DNA of 64,000 bases, from IMG/VR virus record IMGVR_UViG_3300037484_000235, positions 96,001-160,000 of that record; one strand, written 5' to 3'. Under the pieces are notes generated by a model, which did no database searches, had not been told where the DNA came from, and was given only the letters and a program-made list of their open reading frames with translations. Each line of letters starts with the position of its first letter. The first letter of the stretch is position 1. The translations under genes were made by a program, and so were the position numbers. Of the stretch, positions 52,081-62,326 are shown one piece after another. This stretch comes from a virus. Taxonomy: Duplodnaviria; Caudoviricetes.

Positions 52081-53922
52081 ATGAGTCTTGGAAACCTCGC
52101 TATGTCAGGTGCTCGGGCCGCCTCTACGGGGTTCAAGTCCAGACCCATTGCCACTATCACGGAGTTCATCGAGGAGTCGTGGGGACTCTCGATGCGGCTC
52201 TTCCCTGTGCAGAAGGTCATCCTCAAAGCCCATTATGGCATTGAGTTGGATGACAAGACTCCGTTTCAGATCTCCGATTGGCGTCGAGAGAAGTTCATGC
52301 AGGTGACTGAAAAGCAGTACCTGGAGTATCTTTTCAACGAGGGTCGGTCGAACATCAAAGAGGTCATCCCGGGGGACGACCGCCGAGAGATGATCCTTTC
52401 AGTGGGCAGACGCAGCGGGAAAACTACAATCAGTGCCTGTGTTGCTGCCTACGAGACGTACAAGCTGATCAGCAAGGGAGACCCACAGGGGTACTACGGT
52501 CTCCCAGCTTCCAACATGATCCAACTGATCTCTGTCGCTACAGACAAGGAACAGGCTGGATTGCTCTATCAAGAGGTGTCGGGACATTATCGAGGGTGCG
52601 CTTTCTTTGCGCCCTACACTGCCAACAACACACTGTCCTACGCTCGTTTCCAGACGCCAAAGGACGTGGAACGCTACGGGCCTTACGTTGAGAATCCAAA
52701 CGCTAAGGCGACCATCAAGATTACGTTCCGTTCCTGTATTGCAAAGGGGTTGCGTGGTGCCGGTAACATCGTCGTCATTCTAGACGAGGTGGCCCACTTT
52801 ACGGACAAGGGACAGTCATCTGCGGATGCTGTTTACAACGCGGTTGTCCCCTCTACGTCTGCGTACTCTCCGAAGGACATAAATGACACACGGGTCCCGA
52901 CGGGTCCAGTTGAAGCCCGCGTCATCCTGATCTCGTCCCCTCTTGGACGTCAGGGCCTCTTCTACAAGCTCTTCCAGATGGGGATGGGCGGCGGGAACGT
53001 CGGTAAGAACATGCTTTGTATCCAGGCGCCGTCCTGGGAAGTGAACCCGACAATCCCAGCCTCCGAGTTCGAGAAGAACTACCTCAAGGATCCCGCAGTC
53101 TTCTTCACAGAGTATGGCGGCGAGTTCACCGATCGTACTAGAGGTTGGCTTGAACGAGAAGAGGATCTGATCATTTGCATAGATCCCAATATGCGTCCTC
53201 AGTTGCGTGGGATTCCACGTAAACCGCATTTCCTTGGGTTGGACTTGGGTCTCAAGGGTGACGGTACAGCCATCGCAGTTGGACACGTTGACGACTCAGG
53301 GAAAATCAAGGTGGACTTGGTTGATCAAATCAAGGCGGGTGAGGGAAAATACGTTGATGTGGAGCGTCTGGATTTCGACACGGTGGCAGACTGGGTTAAG
53401 GAAATAGGGGACAGATTTTACCTCGTCGAAGGACTCTTCGACCAACACATAGGAATCCCCTTGGAACAGGCCCTCGCGAAGAGAGGGATGTCTCAAATGA
53501 AGTCCTATCTTCCTACGAAGGTACTGACATCCCAGATATTCCAGAACTTCAAAGATATGCTTTGGGATAAGAGGCTCCTTCTTTACGACTTCCCAATCAT
53601 ATCCCCAGAGAAACATTGCACTTACATTCTTGAGCTTCTGGAGCTTCAAGCACGTTATCATTCGAAGTACATTACGACCGTTGAGGCACCGGCTGTCGAT
53701 GGGAAACACGACGACTTGTCGGACGCCTTGGTACGAATGGTGTGGGTTGCTTCCAATCGGTTGAACAAGCAACCTCATATTGCACGATCTGGGATGCAAG
53801 GCCCCGCTAGCCCGTTTGGGTCTATGGCCTCCGCTCGTAAGAGGCTCCTTCGTAGCGGGAGTCACGAGTCAAGGATGGTTCCCAGAGGAAACTCCAGGGG
53901 ACCAAGAGGACGCACACGGTGA
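52081..53922 (+). CDS. terL: terminase large subunit
   Basis: GRRSGKT, VILDEVAH, ISSP, TEYGGEF, GLDLG, HDDLSDAL. Confidence 0.92.
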   Translation: MSLGNLAMSGARAASTGFKSRPIATITEFIEESWGLSMRLFPVQKVILKAHYGIELDDKTPFQISDWRREKFMQVTEKQYLEYLFNEGRSNIKEVIPGDDRREMILSVGRRSGKTTISACVAAYETYKLISKGDPQGYYGLPASNMIQLISVATDKEQAGLLYQEVSGHYRGCAFFAPYTANNTLSYARFQTPKDVERYGPYVENPNAKATIKITFRSCIAKGLRGAGNIVVILDEVAHFTDKGQSSADAVYNAVVPSTSAYSPKDINDTRVPTGPVEARVILISSPLGRQGLFYKLFQMGMGGGNVGKNMLCIQAPSWEVNPTIPASEFEKNYLKDPAVFFTEYGGEFTDRTRGWLEREEDLIICIDPNMRPQLRGIPRKPHFLGLDLGLKGDGTAIAVGHVDDSGKIKVDLVDQIKAGEGKYVDVERLDFDTVADWVKEIGDRFYLVEGLFDQHIGIPLEQALAKRGMSQMKSYLPTKVLTSQIFQNFKDMLWDKRLLLYDFPIISPEKHCTYILELLELQARYHSKYITTVEAPAVDGKHDDLSDALVRMVWVASNRLNKQPHIARSGMQGPASPFGSMASARKRLLRSGSHESRMVPRGNSRGPRGRTR

Positions 53923-54179
53923 CTAATCGGACAGCCAAGGATGATCCCATCAGGGCAGATTACAGGATCTTGAAGAAGATCCTGGAGTCCTCTTCGTTTA
54001 AGGTGGTTCACCTGCCGGAGGAGTACGACCTAATCCTTTCTGTGTTCAAGAGAGCCGGGGGGAGCTGGGAGAATCTCTTTGATGGATCTTCGGGTGACAT
54101 ACATCTGCTCAAGAAGATCGCCAAGATCGCTTTCAAGCACAAGTATCTGACTCCCGCTCCAGTGTGGGATCCCCGGTAA
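53919..54179 (+). CDS. hypothetical protein
   Basis: coupled ORF. Confidence 0.6.
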   Translation: MTNRTAKDDPIRADYRILKKILESSSFKVVHLPEEYDLILSVFKRAGGSWENLFDGSSGDIHLLKKIAKIAFKHKYLTPAPVWDPR

Positions 54180-54191
54180 GGTATCCAGACC

Positions 54192-54515
54192 ATGAGCCGT
54201 CTTCGCATTCAACTATCCAAGTCTGACATCGACAGGAAGGTAGCTACCGCTATGGAGTCGGCGGAGCGCCTCATCCTGTCAACTTTGCGGAGTTGTGAGG
54301 TTTACATGCGGACAACCGAAAATCCTCAGGAATCTCGACGGGCTCGGATTGTGGTTCGGGATTTGAAAAGAGCCCTGGGATCTGTCACTGGAGTTCGCAG
54401 AGTTAGCTCAATCTATGACGCTGGGGACCCTGACTTGGAAGTGGATCCAGCTCCGAAGCTGCGACCCGCCGCTTCTCCTATTGCAGCCCCAGTAAGAGCA
54501 CCTGAATCCACATGA
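54192..54515 (+). CDS. hypothetical protein
   Basis: SD TAAGG, coupled to portal. Confidence 0.6.
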   Translation: MSRLRIQLSKSDIDRKVATAMESAERLILSTLRSCEVYMRTTENPQESRRARIVVRDLKRALGSVTGVRRVSSIYDAGDPDLEVDPAPKLRPAASPIAAPVRAPEST

Positions 54516-56212
54516 GAACAAGCAAACAAGCACAGAACGCGGACGCGCGTGAGGTCCGGAAAGTTCCGAAGCGGGCGAACGTCGAAACGGGGCGCCCTCG
54601 GCGCATTATGACTAGCTCGCTTCGATCGAAGGTAGCATTTCCACAATCCGGTGGAACGATTGGGGCAAGTGGTGGAAACTTCTACTCTCCAGAGCTATCC
54701 ACTGACTTCCTAGAACTCCCGCAATCAGCGGACGAGAAGCGGAATTACTACCGATTCTTCTACACTTCGGATCCTTTCGTAGGGCAGGCAGTAGACCTCC
54801 ATACGGAGCTGCCCCTCTCGAAGATTCGGCTGGGGCACCCCAAGGCCAAGAACAGAGAGATTGCAGATGCCTCACTGGCTTTCTGCACGGCATGGTCCAA
54901 GAAGGTTGGCCTTTTGCACCGGATGATTGAAATCGTCCACGAATACAATCTCCTCGGGGAGGTCTTTGTCTTCTGTGAAGACAACTCCCCTGACATGCCT
55001 GATGAGATCGAGAATGAACTAATCCGTGAGATCGACGAGTCAGGGCACCCTGTAGAACGTCAGAAGCGTCGCACAGATTGGGCTGAGCGAACTTCCAAGT
55101 GGCTCAAAAAGAACTACCTCGGCTGGTCTGCTATCCGTGTTCTGCCACCCGAGCAGATTCACATGGAAGGCTTCCCATTCACGGATGAAAAGCTCATTGA
55201 GTTGATCCCAGACAGCAAGACCAAGGACGTGATTGCCCGTGGCGACTCGGGTGACATCTACGCCTCCAGAGTCGTTGAATCCATGCCCTCTGAGGTTGTC
55301 TCATCTATTCGCAGTGGCGGAAATATCCCCCTCAATACTGACCCAAATGCTGGTAGTTTCGTTTACTACATGGCCAGGAAGAAGTCACAGTACGAGCCCC
55401 GTGGACACTCGATTCTTGAGCGCTGCATGCGAGTTCTTGTCTACCGAGATAAGTTGAGACAGGCACAAACTTCGATTTCGTCTCGGCACATGACGCCCAT
55501 CCGGCTCATCTGGGCAGAGGATGCAGCGGCCACAGACGTGGATTTGATTCGAGAACAGGTTGAGCTAGCTCTTCAAGACCCAGACTACTCAATCATCACC
55601 AACTTTGAAGTTCACTGGGAAGAGATGGGAAGTCAGCAACGCCTTCTGGAGTTGACGGGCGAATACGAGATGACCGATCGGCAGTTGTATGCTGGATTGG
55701 GTGTCACGGAGTCCCTTCTGTCCGGGGAATCAAGTTACTCCGGTGACCGGATCAACCTGGAAGTGATCAACACTCGGTATATGCTTCTGAGGGAGGTTCT
55801 TCAAGACATGATTGAGAACAACTTCCTCCGTCCGATGTGCGCACGTATGGGGTTCATCGAAAAGGATGACGACGGCAACGAGACTGTGATTGTACCTACT
55901 CTGTCGTTCACTCGACTTGCTCTGCGGGATAACGCGGACACATTCGACGCCCTCTTCAACCTTTACCAGAAGGGCTCTCTGGATATCGATACCATCTTGG
56001 ATCTTCTGAACATCGATCCCCACACCACGGCTGAAAAGCTCAAGCGGGACATGTTCACGCCCAATGACAGCAAGTTCAATGACGTGCTCGGAGCGATCTA
56101 CACTGAAGTCGGACGCGCCCTGGCAGAGAACAGCGATGTAGCCGAGAAGGTCGCCAAGGCCCTCGGTTTGAAGTACGAGAAACCAGCTGAAAAGGAAGAG
56201 GGGAGATTCTAA
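54512..56212 (+). CDS. portal protein
   Basis: YRFFYTSDPFVGQAVDLHTELPLS..YEPRGHSILERC; position after terL. Confidence 0.8.
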   Translation: MRTSKQAQNADAREVRKVPKRANVETGRPRRIMTSSLRSKVAFPQSGGTIGASGGNFYSPELSTDFLELPQSADEKRNYYRFFYTSDPFVGQAVDLHTELPLSKIRLGHPKAKNREIADASLAFCTAWSKKVGLLHRMIEIVHEYNLLGEVFVFCEDNSPDMPDEIENELIREIDESGHPVERQKRRTDWAERTSKWLKKNYLGWSAIRVLPPEQIHMEGFPFTDEKLIELIPDSKTKDVIARGDSGDIYASRVVESMPSEVVSSIRSGGNIPLNTDPNAGSFVYYMARKKSQYEPRGHSILERCMRVLVYRDKLRQAQTSISSRHMTPIRLIWAEDAAATDVDLIREQVELALQDPDYSIITNFEVHWEEMGSQQRLLELTGEYEMTDRQLYAGLGVTESLLSGESSYSGDRINLEVINTRYMLLREVLQDMIENNFLRPMCARMGFIEKDDDGNETVIVPTLSFTRLALRDNADTFDALFNLYQKGSLDIDTILDLLNIDPHTTAEKLKRDMFTPNDSKFNDVLGAIYTEVGRALAENSDVAEKVAKALGLKYEKPAEKEEGRF

Positions 56213-56485
56213 ATGAAACTCAAGATTACACGTCCAGATGGAACGCTCATTGAGGCAGAGGGCACCGTTGAGGAGTGCGAGCGTTTGATGGGGGCACCGC
56301 TCCCGATCAAGTACGTCTTTACTCCTATTCAGATTACGGTGCCGGTGTACCCACAACCGATCCCGATTACGCCACAGTATCCGATGTATCCAATCAATCC
56401 TGTGTACCCCTGGAATCCGGAACCCTGGTATGTCCCAACGTGGACAGTGACTTCGTCGGCGGACATTACACTGACGGCAGACTGA
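56213..56485 (+). CDS. small Pro/Tyr-rich protein
   Basis: MKLKITRPDG.. then P/Y/W-rich tail. Confidence 0.6.
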   Translation: MKLKITRPDGTLIEAEGTVEECERLMGAPLPIKYVFTPIQITVPVYPQPIPITPQYPMYPINPVYPWNPEPWYVPTWTVTSSADITLTAD

Positions 56486-56514
56486 CCTTTTCTAGGCTAT
56501 AGTGGGCGGATGTC

Positions 56515-56814
56515 ATGACCACACTTCGAAATCGTGTAATCCGCCTCGCCCACAACAAGCCTGAACTCAGGGCTGCGCTGCTTCCGATTTTGAAGGAGGC
56601 AATCTCGAAGGAAGATGCTAAGAAGACGAGGGTGTCTGATACTGCAATCCGTACCGCCTACTATAAGGCGAGTGACGGTCTGGGTGCCCTGGTAGACGCA
56701 GTACGTGATGAGCCTGCCACCGGTAAGGACGCCAAGCTGAAGAAGGCTGTGGCGGATGCCAAGGCTGCTTTTGACAAGGTCGACGAGGCGCTGAAGCCGT
56801 ACGCTTGGGACTGA
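56515..56814 (+). CDS. small putative head-internal protein
   Basis: LRNRVIRLAHNKPELRAALLPILKEA leader. Confidence 0.65.
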   Translation: MTTLRNRVIRLAHNKPELRAALLPILKEAISKEDAKKTRVSDTAIRTAYYKASDGLGALVDAVRDEPATGKDAKLKKAVADAKAAFDKVDEALKPYAWD

Positions 56815-57584
56815 GTCGGGCGGCTGGCGGTTCTGTCACTATCGCAATCCCTCTGGTAAGACCCCAGATGCTTACTCGACGCATTGCAGCGGACCTCTTG
56901 CCCATCATGCATCCCCTCTACAATCTGAGGGAGATTTGCAAGCAGTCTGCTTTGCTAGAGGATCACCTCAACAACGAACAGAAGCGTTGTGAGGATTGCA
57001 TTCGGAAGCACTTCCTGACTATCGAGGCTCTGTTGGAGGAGGCCCTCTCGCTTGACACCAAGCAGAAGTGGTTTGACCTCATTGAAGGCAAGCCCGAGCT
57101 GGTGCGGGAACTTCAAGAGAAGTGGATTGACGGTGGGGACATGTCCGAGATTGCTCAGGGGTTACGCGAACTCCGCAAGGATTTTGCTCCCGTGTGCTTC
57201 GATCTCCGAGAGATGACCGAAGAGTCTAGACTGGCATCGGGTCGGATGACTCTTGCTTCGCACGTGGCTGACGTGCACTTCGAGCGTACAACGCACAACG
57301 CTATCGACTTTGGGCGAAAGATCTCTCCTGGTGGATTTGATTTCACCAAGAAGACGCCACCCAGGGATCTTCTCAATCTAGTTGGGGAGCTACAGGAAGT
57401 CGCCAAGCTCTTTGACAGGGGCCTACTTCAGGGAAAGCCGGGTTCAAGCCGGAAGGTACTGGAGTTGGCTGGTTTGATCTCCAATGGGGACATGGAGAAA
57501 GCCCTGAGGCTCGCGAAGAGTCTGACCGACCTCCCAGGTCTCCCACCGGATCTGTTTGCGACCCTGTATCGGTATGGGGACTGA
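56805..57584 (+). CDS. hypothetical protein
   Basis: LLEDHL..CEDCIRKH. Confidence 0.65.
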   Translation: MGLSRAAGGSVTIAIPLVRPQMLTRRIAADLLPIMHPLYNLREICKQSALLEDHLNNEQKRCEDCIRKHFLTIEALLEEALSLDTKQKWFDLIEGKPELVRELQEKWIDGGDMSEIAQGLRELRKDFAPVCFDLREMTEESRLASGRMTLASHVADVHFERTTHNAIDFGRKISPGGFDFTKKTPPRDLLNLVGELQEVAKLFDRGLLQGKPGSSRKVLELAGLISNGDMEKALRLAKSLTDLPGLPPDLFATLYRYGD

Positions 57585-57590
57585 CGCGTC

Positions 57591-60500
57591 ATGTTCTATA
57601 CTAAACTGGCAGTGTTCGATTTCGATAAGACGCTGTTTCTCAGCCCAGAGAAGCCGACGTGGTGGGAGGGTGGTTGGTGGGGGAACCTGAATTCCCTCCA
57701 CACGCCATGCGTTCCGGAACGTCCATCCTCGGACTGGTGGAACGAGTCTGTCGTCAATGCCGCAAAGCAGGCGATCAGCAACCCAGAAGTGCTGGCAGTG
57801 CTCCTCACGGGTCGTATTCCGAAGTTCTCTCTTCGGCTCAAAGAACTGTTGGGACAAGTAGGGTTGCACTTCGATCACCCTCCGTACATGGCGACCGGGG
57901 GTCCCACTGAGTCCTTCAAGATGAAGGTCATCAAAGATCTTCTCGATTCGAACCCCACCATTCGTGGCGTAGCCATCTGGGAAGACCGTGCCAATCACCT
58001 TCGGATGATGTCCGACTGGGTGGAGTCCAACGGGAGAGCCTGTACCCCCCACCTCATCACGGTCTCTTCTCACGAGTCGGATTGCAGGCCCACCAAGTCT
58101 GCGAAGTTCAAGTCCAAGAAGAAGATCAAGACCAAGGACGGCGATGATACCACGGTGTATGAGTACTCAGAGCGCCAGGTCTCAAATCGGAACAACCAGA
58201 AGGCAGAGCGTGTTGAGAAGCTCCGCAAGGACATTTCGAGTCTTAGGTCCAAGGTCAACAAGGACATCGCCTCAAAGGAGCCTGAGACTCGTCTATCGGC
58301 CCTAGCGGTCGCTCTGCTCGACGAGACGTGCGAACGGGTAGGGAACTCGGGTAGCGCAGCGGACGGCCATTTTGGAGTCACTGGGTGGCTCGTGAAGCAC
58401 CTCTCCTTCAAGGGTGGCGAGGCCACGTTCACCTACGTCGGGAAGTCCGGGGTCAAGCACGAGAAGGTCGTGTCCAAGGCGCCTGTCGTGAAGGCCCTCA
58501 AGCAGCTCGTTAAGGGCAAGGCCAAGGGCGACCTCATCCTGGAGCAGGACGGATTTTCGGTCAAATCTGAGGCTGTGAACGCCTACTTGAAGACTTTCGA
58601 GATCACTGCGAAAGACATCCGTGGGTTCCGAGCCAATCAGGAGATGTGCAAGGCTCTGCGAGAGGCCCGGAGAGAGGGCCCGGACCTTCCACACGCTCGG
58701 AAGAAGCGCGATGAGATTCTTAAGGGGGAGTTCAAGGACGCCCTCGAAGAGGTGGCGGAGATCGTGGGTCACACTACTTCGATCCTTCGAGAATCCTACC
58801 TAGTGCCCGGATTGGAGGATTCGTACGTAAAGGATGGGACCATTCTTGCGACATTCAAGGGTGCCTCGTTAGAGCATGAGGCAACGAAGACAGACTCGGA
58901 AAAAGAGGATGAAACTGTTTCGGATCTCATCAAGCCAAATCCCAAGAAGAAGCCACCACGTGAGGACTTGAAAAAGCATCGGGTAGACTTGGGCGACGAT
59001 GATTTGAACACGGAGGATGACGACCTCTCTCGCAACTACAAGAAGGTTGCGGTCCGTGTGGCTATGGCTGTCAGGGTCTCGACTCGGTATCTTCTGAGTG
59101 ACTTTGCAGAGGACTACGAGAAGTCGAAATCCGATGAGAACGAGACCTCCAAGAAGGAAGACGCCTCTTTTCTGGAAGCCGTTGAAGGGAAGACATTCAC
59201 GTCTTCTAAATCAAAACTGAAGGTTCAGTTTGGTAGCTTGCCGCCAGAAGACCAGGCTGAAATTCGTGCAGCTTGGAAAGAGCACCAGTCCAAGTCTGAC
59301 GATAAAGCGAAGACTGAGAAGGAAGACTCCGACGAAGAAGAGCAGGGACGCGTCAAGGAAGTGAAGGGCGGCCTTCGGGAGAAGGCAAAGGCCTTGGAGG
59401 ATTCCCCTGCTTTCGATGATGAGACAGGAGATCAGGTTGGGGAGGTTCTAGACTCTATCCTCAGCACGATGCCAGAGAGTGACGCTTCGGAGTTCGTGGA
59501 TTCGATCGTCTCGGCTCGTGATGCGGGCATTGATTCCCTGGCCAAGGGGAAGTCCACGGCCAAGAACCCACCGGACAAGGCGAGCCTTGATCGGGACGTC
59601 TCGAAGTACAATAAGCTGGACTCCAAGATTGAGAGTTACCAGCGGGACTTGGACTCTGGGCGCGTCTCGGAAGAGAAGGCCAAGTCAATCAAGTCCAAGA
59701 TTGAGTCTCTCTCCAAAGATCGTGATGAGGCCCGTGCCGAGCTTCAAAAGAGTTTCACCAAGTTCTACACCCATGCTGCGTTGCAATCTGCGATGCGGAA
59801 TCCGATGACCTACGTCAAGGATGCGAAGAAGCCTCTCGACAAGAGCAGCGTGGGAGATCGAGCCAGTGCTAGCATTGAGCGTTTCAGTGGTCTGACCTCG
59901 GAAGACCGGGTTGAGACTGCGAAGAATTTCAAGAAGGTCATGAAGAAGTCTCAGGACAGGGTCACTGAGCTAGAGCGGAAGCTCACCTCAGGTGAGGCTG
60001 GGGACGAAGATCAGCGCGCAAAGGACCAAGCGGAGCTGGAAGAGACGAAGAACAGAGTCGAGTATCTCGACGCTGATTGGAGATCTTTGGAAATCTCCTC
60101 CATCATCAATGGTGACGAGAAGTCGGAGTCCCGAATCCCCAAGGGTAGTGGAGTGCTCATTAAGGCCCTTCACGATAGCGGGCAGGACGTATCCGAAATC
60201 GTGGCGGCCGGGATAGGTATTCACGGGGTGCCTCCTGAAAAGGAAGTGATCTCCAATCTACTTCGTCGGATGAAGCCTGATCAGATGGAGACGGCCCTCA
60301 AGGAAGTGGACCCCTCTGGGAAACTGGCAGAGTCGTGGCGGAAAATCTACGATGCTGATGACAGCTCGGACTACGTTTGGCCTATCAGTGCCATCAAGGA
60401 CAAAGAGCAACGTGGTAAGATCGAGAACGCTCACGATGTGTTTGTTCAAATGCTCACGGGCGTTGTGATTGAGGATTCGAAGAACACGAGTCCCACGGAT

Positions 60501-60965
60501 CCAAGTGAGGGTCCACCTAAGAAGAACAAGTCTAAGGCGGAACCTAGTGAGGTTGAGGGGCCTGAGGAAGAAGAGACGCCTCAGTACGAGAGCCCTATGG
60601 CTGAGGCCATTGGAAAGATGGTAGATTTGGACATAGATACAGGCACTTCCGCCAAGAAGGTGGCTGCCAAATTCACAGCATTCCAATTGGAGAACAAGGC
60701 TAAGGAAGCCAGTCTAAAGGCTGAAAGGGCGCTTGCTTCTGTGGGTCTCACAAAGCAGGACATTGGTCCTTACATGCTCAGTGCCTCAGAGATTTACACA
60801 CGAGCTGCGGAGCTATCGGTCAAGTTTGGTTTCAAGCAAGAACGGTTAGTGCACGCAATCAAGTTCTATCAAGAGAACGCCACTAAAGGTGAGCGTTTGA
60901 TGGGCTTGGCTGTCAAGTCTAGATTTGGGGAATACGGGAGGGGTGAGTCAGAGATTCGCGTTTAG
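57591..60965 (+). CDS. HAD (RNA-repair-like) / DNA topoisomerase IB / acidic-domain fusion
   Basis: VFDFDKTLF, LLTGR, IWEDR; CERVGN, GKSG, KDIR, GHT, ESYL. Confidence 0.85.
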   Translation: MFYTKLAVFDFDKTLFLSPEKPTWWEGGWWGNLNSLHTPCVPERPSSDWWNESVVNAAKQAISNPEVLAVLLTGRIPKFSLRLKELLGQVGLHFDHPPYMATGGPTESFKMKVIKDLLDSNPTIRGVAIWEDRANHLRMMSDWVESNGRACTPHLITVSSHESDCRPTKSAKFKSKKKIKTKDGDDTTVYEYSERQVSNRNNQKAERVEKLRKDISSLRSKVNKDIASKEPETRLSALAVALLDETCERVGNSGSAADGHFGVTGWLVKHLSFKGGEATFTYVGKSGVKHEKVVSKAPVVKALKQLVKGKAKGDLILEQDGFSVKSEAVNAYLKTFEITAKDIRGFRANQEMCKALREARREGPDLPHARKKRDEILKGEFKDALEEVAEIVGHTTSILRESYLVPGLEDSYVKDGTILATFKGASLEHEATKTDSEKEDETVSDLIKPNPKKKPPREDLKKHRVDLGDDDLNTEDDDLSRNYKKVAVRVAMAVRVSTRYLLSDFAEDYEKSKSDENETSKKEDASFLEAVEGKTFTSSKSKLKVQFGSLPPEDQAEIRAAWKEHQSKSDDKAKTEKEDSDEEEQGRVKEVKGGLREKAKALEDSPAFDDETGDQVGEVLDSILSTMPESDASEFVDSIVSARDAGIDSLAKGKSTAKNPPDKASLDRDVSKYNKLDSKIESYQRDLDSGRVSEEKAKSIKSKIESLSKDRDEARAELQKSFTKFYTHAALQSAMRNPMTYVKDAKKPLDKSSVGDRASASIERFSGLTSEDRVETAKNFKKVMKKSQDRVTELERKLTSGEAGDEDQRAKDQAELEETKNRVEYLDADWRSLEISSIINGDEKSESRIPKGSGVLIKALHDSGQDVSEIVAAGIGIHGVPPEKEVISNLLRRMKPDQMETALKEVDPSGKLAESWRKIYDADDSSDYVWPISAIKDKEQRGKIENAHDVFVQMLTGVVIEDSKNTSPTDPSEGPPKKNKSKAEPSEVEGPEEEETPQYESPMAEAIGKMVDLDIDTGTSAKKVAAKFTAFQLENKAKEASLKAERALASVGLTKQDIGPYMLSASEIYTRAAELSVKFGFKQERLVHAIKFYQENATKGERLMGLAVKSRFGEYGRGESEIRV

Positions 60966-61068
60966 TTCCTTATGGGAGTCACTATCGGGTAGGGTGCATT
61001 GTACCCAACTAGGAATCATCGTCTGAGGCCCCGATATAGATTTCGAGGGTCTGCACCGGAGGAAATCC

Positions 61069-61665
61069 ATGACCGTTCGCAGCAAAAAGGCAACTGTACA
61101 GGGCGCTCGGCGGGTAACTGCCGGACTCGACAACTTCGCTTCGCTCTTTCAGAGCAATCACGAAGCTCTCGGGATTCCACAGAAGGTAGCGATGGATTTC
61201 GCACTTCGCTGTGACATGCTATCTGACGCTATCGAGCGTGGATTTAGCATTAGGAACGCGGCCTTCGATCCATCTTCGATCGGCAAGGAAGTTCCAGGTC
61301 CGCTGGTCTCTGACTCGAACAACCCATTCATGACTGGTGAGTTCACTCAGGAGCGTTTCAATGCTCTTGCTCAGAAGCAGATGAGCGGAGAACTTGCGTC
61401 GAACGCCGCCGGTCAGACAGCTGATCCCAAGCTCGCGGCATACGTTGCCAAGGAAGCTGCCAAGCTTGCCTTCACGATCCTCAAGGACCGTGCAGCAAAG
61501 CAGGCCGCTGAGAAGGCTGATGAGCCCAAGGAGGAAGAGGCTCCCAAGAAGGAAGCCAAGAAGTCCGAAGACGATGCAGAGACCAAGGACGATGAGTCCA
61601 AGGAAGACGAGTCCGAGGAAGCTGATAAGTCGGCTTCGTCTTTCGGTCTCTTCGATTCGAAGTAA
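61069..61665 (+). CDS. scaffold-like/head protein
   Basis: K/E/A-rich C-terminus with KxA sites. Confidence 0.55.
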   Translation: MTVRSKKATVQGARRVTAGLDNFASLFQSNHEALGIPQKVAMDFALRCDMLSDAIERGFSIRNAAFDPSSIGKEVPGPLVSDSNNPFMTGEFTQERFNALAQKQMSGELASNAAGQTADPKLAAYVAKEAAKLAFTILKDRAAKQAAEKADEPKEEEAPKKEAKKSEDDAETKDDESKEDESEEADKSASSFGLFDSK

Positions 61666-61735
61666 CCCCTTACGATCTTTCGTGCCCGACCCCCTCGCTA
61701 AAGGGGTGTGAATTGGAACGAAGGGAGCATTCGAA

Positions 61736-62323
61736 TTGAAGCGAAAGGGAAACTACGCTGACTTTCAGGCACGGGCTTCTGCCTTTTCGGTGGGAGACCG
61801 TGTATACGCTATGGCCGGAGGCAATCCGGCTTTAGGCGGAACTGTCGTTGCAGTGTTTCCTGCAATCGGAATGGTCGATGTGCAACTCCCTCACGGTGCC
61901 GTTCGGTATCCTGTGGAAGATCTTGCCATAGATACATCCGATAACTTCGAGAATCTCACGGACTACCAAGCCGATTCCGTTCCCGGTGGCACCCCCACCG
62001 TTTCGGTTCCTGGTGGTCCGGATACTCTTGCGAAGGACGTGCGAGACCCCCTTACTCAGGAGTTCCTTGACCGTGAGGCGAGTGCAAGCCGCGTCCTAGA
62101 GGCGTACGTCAAGACAGCACTCTATTGGAATGCTCCTGACCGCAAGTACCGCATGTGTAAGGTGGACTTGGCGGCTGGTGTTCCTTCGTGTCCCCGATGC
62201 GAAGGTACTCCCCTACGCAAGGTGATTTACAAGCGTGAGGATGGCCGCAACGAGAAACTCCATGCGTGTCCAGAGTGTCTTTTCATGATCAAGAGCAGTG
62301 ACATCATCGGAATGGAAGGGTGA
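61736..62323 (+). CDS. SH3-like plus Zn-ribbon hypothetical protein
   Basis: FSVGDRV..GTVVAVFP..VDVQ; CPRC..CPEC. Confidence 0.6.
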   Translation: MKRKGNYADFQARASAFSVGDRVYAMAGGNPALGGTVVAVFPAIGMVDVQLPHGAVRYPVEDLAIDTSDNFENLTDYQADSVPGGTPTVSVPGGPDTLAKDVRDPLTQEFLDREASASRVLEAYVKTALYWNAPDRKYRMCKVDLAAGVPSCPRCEGTPLRKVIYKREDGRNEKLHACPECLFMIKSSDIIGMEG

Positions 62324-62326
62324 GTC

